A DNA stretch of 64,000 nucleotides, from the NCBI GenBank assembly GCA_964391975.1, contig CAYMNZ010000001.1, positions 418,064 through 482,063 of the forward strand, written 5' to 3'. Source of the stretch: an uncultured Candidatus Saccharibacteria bacterium. Lineage in GTDB: Bacteria; Patescibacteriota; Minisyncoccia; Phycocordibacterales; Phycocordibacteraceae. The notes under the pieces are model-generated. The model was given only the letters and a program-made list of their open reading frames with translations, ran no database searches and was not told the origin of the DNA. Of this stretch, positions 57,100 to 64,000 are shown piece after piece; positions within the stretch are counted from its first letter, which is position 1; every line of letters starts with the position of its first letter. A program made the position numbers and the translations under genes.

Positions 57100-57672
57100 T
57101 TATGCAAAATTGCGGCAGAAGCTGCGCCGATGGAGGTCACAGAGCCCAAACTGGCGGATTGCGTCCTGGTGGGCCTTAGTCCCGTACCCCTTATGCTTGG
57201 CAAAATCATACTCTGGATACTTCTCCGAAAGCCTGACCATGAGACGGTCCCGCGTGACCTTGGCGGCAACTGATGCAAGCATAATCGCTGGAATGAGGGC
57301 GTCTCCCCCAATGACCGTCTCCTGTTCATACTCTTCGGGCCCTGAAAGTGAGCCGTCGAGATATACCCGGACATCCATAGGCTCCGGTGCGAGGTCGCGT
57401 ATACCGGCGTGCACGGAGCTTCGCACTGCCTTAGCGATACCTACCTTATCTATAGTCAGCGCATCCACTGACTTCACGCGGAAGGAAATCTGGTCGCAAG
57501 CAAGCAACAGTTCAAACAACGCTTCCCTCTTTTTCTCAGAGAGTTTCTTGGAATCGTTGAGACCCGGAAAAGCAGAAAGGAAATCGAATCCCTCTTCTGC
57601 CATCACGACACCGACGGCGACCGGACCTGCAAGCGGTCCTCTGCCTGCTTCGTCGACACCGAGTATGCGCAT
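57100..57672 (-). CDS. rnhB: Ribonuclease HII
   Basis: N-terminal ILGVDEAGRGPLAGPVAVG catalytic motif. Confidence 0.9.
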   Translation of the reverse strand: MRILGVDEAGRGPLAGPVAVGVVMAEEGFDFLSAFPGLNDSKKLSEKKREALFELLLACDQISFRVKSVDALTIDKVGIAKAVRSSVHAGIRDLAPEPMDVRVYLDGSLSGPEEYEQETVIGGDALIPAIMLASVAAKVTRDRLMVRLSEKYPEYDFAKHKGYGTKAHQDAIRQFGLCDLHRRSFCRNFA

Positions 57673-57674
57673 CG

Positions 57675-57917
57675 TTATCCTGTGTTCGCCTCCTCTTCGA
57701 GCTTACGAAGCTCTGCCCTCATCTCTTCTGCCGCTTCTTTGTTGCCCTGCTTCTCTGCCTCTCCAATCTCCTTCATGATACGAGCAATCGCCTGAGGCAC
57801 TGTCTCCGCAACTACGAGCGGCGGCTCTGGTGCCTGCTCCCCGGCCTTCGGACGCCATTCTCCCCCACCTTTGTTCTCTCCCCCCATAGGTATAGCGCTT
57901 ATGTGTAAGTCCTCCAC
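57675..57917 (-). CDS. Small hypothetical protein (80 aa), upstream of and coupled to rnhB
   Basis: ORF with a 2-nt gap to rnhB; charged, helical C-terminus. Confidence 0.4.
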   Translation of the reverse strand: MEDLHISAIPMGGENKGGGEWRPKAGEQAPEPPLVVAETVPQAIARIMKEIGEAEKQGNKEAAEEMRAELRKLEEEANTG

Positions 57918-57949
57918 AGTATACCAAGTGGCCCCTACCTTGCTATCCT

Positions 57950-60900
57950 GTGTCTATGAGCTTCGTGCATCTCCATACCCACAGCCACTACTCCTTCCTG
58001 CAGGCCCTGCCTAAGCTCGATGAGCTTGTGGGAGCTGCTAAGAAGGCGGGCATGCCAGCGCTCGCCTTAACTGATGCCGGGAACCTGCATGGCGCTATCG
58101 AGTTTTATAAGGCCGCAACTAAGGCAGGGATAAATCCCATCCTCGGAGTCGACGCCTACATCGCTCCGGGTTCACGTCTTGAGAAGAACCGTGATGAACG
58201 ACGTTCGCGTCTCGTACTCTTGGCTGAGAACATTGAAGGCTACAAAAATCTGCTTGCGCTCGTCACGAAGTCGTTTACCGAAGGGCTCTTCGAGAAGCCT
58301 CGAATGGACAAGGAAATCCTGAAGCAACACTCTAAGGGGGTTATCGCACTTATTCCTTCCTTCTCCGGAGATGTTGTGCAGGCGGTCGCAAGTGGTGACC
58401 TCAAAGCAGCCAGCGCTCTTCTAGAAGAATATGTAAGTATCTTCGGCAAGGACAATGTGTTTCTTGAAATTACGCACCACCCGAAAGTGGAGGGACACGA
58501 GAAGAAGATGGAAGCTCTCAAAGAACTCTCCAAGTCTTCCGGTGTTCCACTCGTCGCCCAGCACGACGTCTATTACCTCGACCCTGAAGACCGCGAGGCT
58601 TGCTCGGTCATGCGCCGCATTCAGCACGGCGAGAAAGGCTTCAACGAGGAAGAGGATTTCTCCTTCGTCCTCGAGAAACAGATGAAAGCGTGGTTCAAAG
58701 ATATTCCAGACGCAGTAGAGCGAAGCGGTGAGATAGCGGCGCGCTGTCACATTGAGTTCACCCTCGGTGAGTGGGTGTTCCCTGAATTCAAGGTGGAGAG
58801 CGGAAAAACACACGACGAGGAACTGCGCGCGAAGGCACAGGCCGGACTCTCCATGCGCGGCATGGAGAAGACCAAAGAAGTTGAGGAGCGTATTGAGTAC
58901 GAGCTCAAGGTCATTGCAGACAAGGGCTTCGCTCCCTACTTCCTCATCGTCTCGGACCTCCTCACCTTTGCGAGGAAAGAAGGCATCCTCACCACTACTC
59001 GAGGCTCAGCTGGCGGTTCTCTCATTTCGTACTTGGTGGGCGTCACGAACGTCGACCCTATTTTCTACAAGCTCCCCTTCGAACGCTTCTTGAACCCGGA
59101 GCGTCCTAAGGCACCGGACATCGACATGGACTTTGCCGATAACCGTCGCGGCGAAGTGATTGCATACGCGAAGCAAAAGTATGGTGCTGACCGTGTCGCG
59201 CAGATTGGTACTTTCGGGACCATGATGGCTCGCGCTGCAGTACGTGACGTCTCGCGCGCGCTTGGGCATTCCTACGGTACCGGCGACCGTATCGCAAAAC
59301 TGATTCCGGTGGGCTCACAAGGCTTCCCTATGACCATCGACCGCGCACTCACCCTTGAAGAGGACCTGAAGAGCCTCTACGACGAGGATGAGGACGCGCG
59401 CGAGGTCATTGACCTGGCTCGCCGCATTGAAGGCTGTGTGCGCCACGTGGGCGTGCATGCTGCAGGAGTGGTCATCGCACCCTCCCCTCTCGTTGAATGG
59501 GCGCCTCTGCAGTACGACCCGAAGAGTGACGACGACCACGCAGCGCTCATCACCCAGTACGACATGTATTCCATCACCGACGAGTACGGCGGCGTGGGTC
59601 TCCTTAAGTTCGACTTCCTTGGTATTAAGAACCTTGCGATTCTCGCTGACTCCGTGGAGCGCGTGAAAGAGTCTCGCGATCTCTGGATTGATATTGAGAA
59701 GATTCCACTGGACGACGCGATGACGTTCTCCATGCTTGCGCGCGGTGATACTGAGGGGCTCTTCCAGCTCGCCGGCTCCGGCATGACGCGCTACCTCAAG
59801 GAGCTACGCCCCACTACCATCCACGACATCAACGCCATGGTGGCCCTCTATCGCCCGGGACCGATGGAAACTATTCCCGCCTACATCGAGCGCAAGCGAA
59901 ACCCGAAGCTCGTTCGCTTCATCGACGAGCGTATGAAGGAGTACCTCTCCGAATCCCATGGTCTCATCGTCTACCAGGACGATGTGCTCCTCACTGCTAT
60001 CAAGCTCGCCGGCTACACCTGGCTTGAGGCGGACGCGCTCCGAAAAGCTATGGGTAAGAAGATTCCTGAGCAGATGGAGGAACAGAAGGAGAAGTTGGTC
60101 GCCGGATTCATGAACTTCGGCAAGCTCTCCAAGGAGAAAGCTGAAGCCATCTGGAAGCTCATCGAGCCGTTTGCCGCCTACGGCTTCAACAAGGCGCACG
60201 CTGCTTCCTACGGTAAAGTCGCGTACCAGACTGCCTACATGAAGGCGAACTTCCCTGTTGAATACATGGCAGCAGTACTCACTGCAGACTCTGGCGACAC
60301 CGATTCCATTGCCACCATGGTCGCTGAATGCGAACGCCTCAAAGTCCCGGTACTACCTCCAGACGTGAACGAATCTAAGGCGGTCTTCACCGTCGCGGGA
60401 GAAGGCAAGGACACCATTCGCTTCGGGCTCTCGTCTATCAAGAACTTCGGCGAAGGTATCTCTGAAGCCATCATCGAGGAGCGGGAGAAGAATGGTGCCT
60501 TTGCTTCTCTGTCCGATTTCCTTGTGCGCATAGGAACCAAGAACCTCAACCGCAAGTCACTTGAGTCACTCATCAAGTGTGGTGCGCTCGACCGCTTCGG
60601 AGAGCGGCTGACACTCCTCACCCACATCGAGACACTGCTTACCTTCCACCGCGACGCAACCAGTGCTCCTACACAGGACGCGCTCTTCGCCTCAGCTGCA
60701 CCAATACTCACCCTTCCCGAAAGCGACAAGAAGACCACGCTTCGGGACAAGCTTGATTGGGAGAAAGAGTTGCTTGGCATTTACGTCTCGGGCCACCCGC
60801 TTGATTCCCACGCGACCTATCTCGCCAAAGCAAAGCTCACCATCGCAAAGATTAAGGAGGACCCGCAGCAGAGCCTCCCGGTTATTCTTCCAGCACTCGT

Positions 60901-61117
60901 CGCCGACGTGCGCACCATCCTCACCAAGAACGGCGAGAAGATGTCCTTTGTTCGCTTCGAAGACAAGACCGACTCGATTGAGGCAGTTGTATTTCCTAAA
61001 CTCTTCAAGGAACAATCAGCCGCCCTGGTGGAGGGGTCCTGCGTATTGCTTAAGGGGAAAGTTTCCCTTCGCAACGGAGAGACCACGCTTGCGATTGAGG
61101 ACTTGAAGCCGCTCTAG
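57950..61117 (+). CDS. dnaE: DNA polymerase III alpha subunit
   Basis: N-terminal PHP domain (FVHLHTHSHYSFL), polymerase core, and C-terminal OB fold; 1055 aa. Confidence 0.93.
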   Translation: MSMSFVHLHTHSHYSFLQALPKLDELVGAAKKAGMPALALTDAGNLHGAIEFYKAATKAGINPILGVDAYIAPGSRLEKNRDERRSRLVLLAENIEGYKNLLALVTKSFTEGLFEKPRMDKEILKQHSKGVIALIPSFSGDVVQAVASGDLKAASALLEEYVSIFGKDNVFLEITHHPKVEGHEKKMEALKELSKSSGVPLVAQHDVYYLDPEDREACSVMRRIQHGEKGFNEEEDFSFVLEKQMKAWFKDIPDAVERSGEIAARCHIEFTLGEWVFPEFKVESGKTHDEELRAKAQAGLSMRGMEKTKEVEERIEYELKVIADKGFAPYFLIVSDLLTFARKEGILTTTRGSAGGSLISYLVGVTNVDPIFYKLPFERFLNPERPKAPDIDMDFADNRRGEVIAYAKQKYGADRVAQIGTFGTMMARAAVRDVSRALGHSYGTGDRIAKLIPVGSQGFPMTIDRALTLEEDLKSLYDEDEDAREVIDLARRIEGCVRHVGVHAAGVVIAPSPLVEWAPLQYDPKSDDDHAALITQYDMYSITDEYGGVGLLKFDFLGIKNLAILADSVERVKESRDLWIDIEKIPLDDAMTFSMLARGDTEGLFQLAGSGMTRYLKELRPTTIHDINAMVALYRPGPMETIPAYIERKRNPKLVRFIDERMKEYLSESHGLIVYQDDVLLTAIKLAGYTWLEADALRKAMGKKIPEQMEEQKEKLVAGFMNFGKLSKEKAEAIWKLIEPFAAYGFNKAHAASYGKVAYQTAYMKANFPVEYMAAVLTADSGDTDSIATMVAECERLKVPVLPPDVNESKAVFTVAGEGKDTIRFGLSSIKNFGEGISEAIIEEREKNGAFASLSDFLVRIGTKNLNRKSLESLIKCGALDRFGERLTLLTHIETLLTFHRDATSAPTQDALFASAAPILTLPESDKKTTLRDKLDWEKELLGIYVSGHPLDSHATYLAKAKLTIAKIKEDPQQSLPVILPALVADVRTILTKNGEKMSFVRFEDKTDSIEAVVFPKLFKEQSAALVEGSCVLLKGKVSLRNGETTLAIEDLKPL

Positions 61118-61941
61118 GACACTCCGTACTTCTCGTAGAAGTCTGCAATCGGCCCTTCAACTCGCAGGAGCTTGTACGGCAGTATGCTCTGCACAGATTC
61201 AGCATCCACATGCTCAAGAGATTTGAGGCTCGTAATAAACCATTTGGTGAGGTCGCGCTTTACTTCAAGATGATCATCAAGAAATTGGCCGTACACGCCG
61301 TAGCCAACGGTGAGTGAACGAGGGCTGAGGTCAGCCTCGGGAGTCTTGAGGTAGCTCTCTGGGAAGAGTCGCTTATACGCCTCAAGGTTATAGAGCCAAG
61401 AGCCACCCACTACCGTATCTACTTCCGGATGTTTGCGCTTAATAGCTGCAAACAAATCATGAAGTTCAGTAAGGCGGTGAGCAATCTTCCCTTCAGTGAG
61501 AGGCCCCTCATCATCACGCTCGCGGTTATCGAAATGGATACGCACCATCTTCCATTCCGACACGTATTCGAAATTGAAGCACCCGTACTGGTCGCTTCCA
61601 GTTGGATGGTACTCACCATTGTCTGTACGATTGAGCCGCTTGAGCTGCGCATAGAGTCGGTCTGCCAGTTCGTTACTATGTGATGTGCCTTCGAAGCTTT
61701 TGCCCCCGTCATAGAGGACCGAAGCTCGCACATAACTGGTGAACTGTTTCCCCGCCTCCTTAAGTGATAGTCCTGTCTTCTCTGCAATAATACGGGCTAC
61801 TTCGAGCTCAAACTCCACATACTCCCTACTAAGCACGTGGCTTTCACGCTCCACCCACCACTCAGGCGCAGTCACCCTCTTCCCTTCTGGGCGGCTCTTT
61901 TTCTTCTCGTCCGCTAGGGGAGGCTTGAGATCTTCGGTCAT
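61114..61941 (-). CDS. Hypothetical protein (275 aa)
   Basis: ORF overlapping the dnaE stop by 4 nt (convergent); no confident family. Confidence 0.45.
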   Translation of the reverse strand: MTEDLKPPLADEKKKSRPEGKRVTAPEWWVERESHVLSREYVEFELEVARIIAEKTGLSLKEAGKQFTSYVRASVLYDGGKSFEGTSHSNELADRLYAQLKRLNRTDNGEYHPTGSDQYGCFNFEYVSEWKMVRIHFDNRERDDEGPLTEGKIAHRLTELHDLFAAIKRKHPEVDTVVGGSWLYNLEAYKRLFPESYLKTPEADLSPRSLTVGYGVYGQFLDDHLEVKRDLTKWFITSLKSLEHVDAESVQSILPYKLLRVEGPIADFYEKYGVS

Positions 61942-62053
61942 GCGGAGAGTCTATCATTGGTGTCCTTTGACACCGGCATCCCCCAGTCTATACTTGAGCC
62001 TATGATCCTAACGACCACTACCACGGCGCGCTAAGCTGCTCGGCGGTGGTCTA

Positions 62054-62080
62054 CTCCAATACTCCCCCGCCAAAGAGCGG
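62054..62080 (+). promoter_or_regulatory. Leader hairpin plus T-run (CCCCCGC-CAAAGA-GCGGGGG-ATTTTTT) 30 nt upstream of thrS, a candidate attenuator or terminator in the thrS 5' region
   Basis: 7-bp GC stem followed by T6 on the plus strand. The upstream gene is divergent, so this is not its terminator. Confidence 0.5.
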
Positions 62081-62111
62081 GGGATTTTTTATCGACTATA
62101 CTTAACGGACT

Positions 62112-63857
62112 ATGAACCAGGACCTCGAATACAAACGCCATTCTCTTGCCCACCTGCTTGCCGCAGCGGTGCTTGACCTCTACCCAGACGCCAAGCGAAC
62201 GATAGGACCCGCCATCGACAACGGCTTCTACTTCGACTTCGAGTTCCCCACCAATAAGCCGGCTGAGAAGGACCTTGAGAGAATCGAGAAGCGCATGCGC
62301 GAGATTCTTCCGTCTTGGACCGCATTCGTGCGCTCCGAGCTCTCTGGAGATGAAGCGAAAGCCGAATACCCGGGCAACCCCTACAAGCACGAACTCATCG
62401 ATGAGTTCACCAAGGATGGTGCCAAGGTCTCGTTCTATAAGTCAGGCGACTACTGGGACCTCTGCCGTGGAGGACACTCTGAGAATCCGGCTAAGGAGAT
62501 AACTGCTGATTCCTTCGCACTCGATCGTATTGCCGGCGCGTACTGGCGTGGAGACGAGAAGAACACAATGCTCACCCGCATCTACGGTCTCGCCTTCGAC
62601 ACCAAGGAAGAGCTTGAGAAATACCGTGAGCTACGCGAAGAGGCCAAGAAGCGTGACCACCGCAAGATTGGTAAGGAACAAGGACTGTTCGTCTTCTCGG
62701 AGCTCGTGGGTTCCGGTATGCCGCTCTTCACGCCCAAAGGAAACGTCGTCCGCTCAGAAATCATCGGCTTTTCTCGAGAACTGAATGCTGAGCTTGGATT
62801 CGGCGAAGTACACACACCAAACGCCAACAAGGCTGAGCTCTTTAAGACCTCAGGTCACTACGACAAGTACAAGGAGGACATGCTCCAGGTGAAGAGTCAG
62901 TACGTCGAAGACGAGATGTTTCTCAAGCCGATGAACTGCCCTCAGCACACGCAGATATACGCTGCAGAACCTAGGAGCTACCGCGACCTCCCTATCCGCT
63001 ATGCCGATTTCGCGGTCCTCTATCGTGACGAGCGCCCAGGTGAATTGTCCGGCCTTACACGCCTACGCTCCTTCAGCCAAGACGACGGGCACATCTTCTG
63101 TCGCGAGGACCAGATTGAGGAAGAGATTGAGAAGGTACTCACTGCTATCCGGAAGGCGCTCTCGACCTATCACATCGAGTATTGGATACGTCTCTCACTA
63201 CGTGACCCTGCCCGCAAGGAAAAGTATCTCGGAACTGACGCTGAGTGGGAGCGCTCCGAAGGAGAGCTGCGTCACATCATCGAGAAGAGTGGCATTCCCT
63301 TCAAGCCAGTTGAGGGCGAGGCGGCTTTCTACGCGCCGAAGCTCGATATCATGGCAGTGGACGCGCTCGGCCGCGAGTGGCAGATATCAACGATTCAGGT
63401 AGACCGCAATATCCCAGCACGCTTTGAGCTTGAATACGCTGCAGACGATGGAACCAAGAAGACGCCTGTCATGATTCACCGCGCACTGGTCGGCTCCCCT
63501 GACCGCTTCATGGGCATCTTGATTGAACACTACGCAGGCGCCTTCCCAATATGGCTCGCCCCTGTTCAGGCTCGCATGCTTCCCGTCTCTGATAAGCACG
63601 CGGAGTACGCACGCACCGTCGCAGAGAAGCTCAATGCTTCCGGTGTACGCACTGATGTGGATGACGCAAGCGAATCTCTCGGCAAAAAGATTAGGAACGC
63701 CAAGGGTGACAAGATTCCCTACCTGCTCGTCGTTGGCGACCAGGAAGTTGAGGCCGGTACGGTGTCAGTAGAAAGCCGCGATAAGGGAAAGCTGGACGCC
63801 ATGGCGACCGACGCGTTCCTTGCCCTCATACAGGAGGAAATCCGCGCTCGCGCTTAG
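62112..63857 (+). CDS. thrS: Threonyl-tRNA synthetase (lacks the N-terminal TGS domain)
   Basis: Starts in the editing/second additional domain (HSLAHLL...), then class II catalytic motifs and an anticodon-binding domain; 581 aa. Confidence 0.9.
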   Translation: MNQDLEYKRHSLAHLLAAAVLDLYPDAKRTIGPAIDNGFYFDFEFPTNKPAEKDLERIEKRMREILPSWTAFVRSELSGDEAKAEYPGNPYKHELIDEFTKDGAKVSFYKSGDYWDLCRGGHSENPAKEITADSFALDRIAGAYWRGDEKNTMLTRIYGLAFDTKEELEKYRELREEAKKRDHRKIGKEQGLFVFSELVGSGMPLFTPKGNVVRSEIIGFSRELNAELGFGEVHTPNANKAELFKTSGHYDKYKEDMLQVKSQYVEDEMFLKPMNCPQHTQIYAAEPRSYRDLPIRYADFAVLYRDERPGELSGLTRLRSFSQDDGHIFCREDQIEEEIEKVLTAIRKALSTYHIEYWIRLSLRDPARKEKYLGTDAEWERSEGELRHIIEKSGIPFKPVEGEAAFYAPKLDIMAVDALGREWQISTIQVDRNIPARFELEYAADDGTKKTPVMIHRALVGSPDRFMGILIEHYAGAFPIWLAPVQARMLPVSDKHAEYARTVAEKLNASGVRTDVDDASESLGKKIRNAKGDKIPYLLVVGDQEVEAGTVSVESRDKGKLDAMATDAFLALIQEEIRARA

Positions 63858-64000
63858 ACGTCCTTCTCTTCGCGAGCGAGCCCTTTCACGATGTCTTCCG
63901 TCGTGAGCTTTCCGTCCTTATCTGCAAAGGAGCGGAACCCTTCGTAGATTGAATAGCCTGGGGGCGCCTCGGGTGCTTTTCCTCCTGGAAGATGGTGCCC
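63854..64000 (-). CDS. 3' end of an unknown minus-strand gene (C-terminal 48 codons; start lies beyond the window)
   Basis: Open frame ...GFRSFADKDGKLTTEDIVKGLAREEKDV*. Its stop codon overlaps the thrS stop. Confidence 0.35.
   Translation of the reverse strand, partial: GHHLPGGKAPEAPPGYSIYEGFRSFADKDGKLTTEDIVKGLAREEKDV

Noticed and set aside
61942-62111. Possible T-box riboswitch upstream of thrS
   Set aside because: I could not find the conserved T-box sequence (AGGGUGGNACCGCG) or a specifier-loop arrangement, and the leader is short (about 170 nt). I kept it only as a generic attenuator-like hairpin finding.

Overview
This is a gene-dense window (over 90% coding) with GC that I estimate by eye at about 58%. 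It carries a bacterial core-information-processing and housekeeping gene set with Firmicutes- or CPR-like synteny. Information-processing genes are rpoB-rpoC, dnaG-rpoD, dnaE, rnhB, rpmF, rpsP-KH-(x)-trmD, rnc-smc, rnr, hisS, thrS, def, prmC and a NusB-family gene. Metabolism genes are class I ribonucleotide reductase (nrdA and nrdB, split 4.4 kb apart), purH, purN, gdhA and an IMPase. Regulators are two paralogous OmpR-type response regulators, one with a histidine kinase, plus an ECF sigma/DUF5667-like pair. There are also several transporters, cell-wall enzymes and many small hypothetical proteins. I saw no rRNA, tRNA, CRISPR or transposase. The gene content suggests a streamlined, Parcubacteria-like lineage, but that is inference only. 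The cues are the ECF sigma + DUF5667-like pairing, extended L32 and S16, a hinge-less short SMC, glycine-rich RRM proteins and short-leader transcripts behind a recurring GGTATACT -10 motif. The most unusual items are: (i) a single ORF fusing a NusB antitermination domain to a Nudix hydrolase domain; (ii) a 736-aa SMC-like ATPase with no hinge in the conserved rnc-smc position; (iii) an ATP-grasp enzyme and a Cys-less PD-(D/E)XK nuclease operon directly downstream of dnaG-rpoD; (iv) two low-GC islets, one holding an ANT(2'')/Lnu-like nucleotidyltransferase and one holding three surface-modification genes; (v) purN in a tight three-gene operon with two unknown proteins. I cannot point to one clearly new multi-gene system. 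The NusB-Nudix fusion and the ATP-grasp/nuclease pair are the best candidates.
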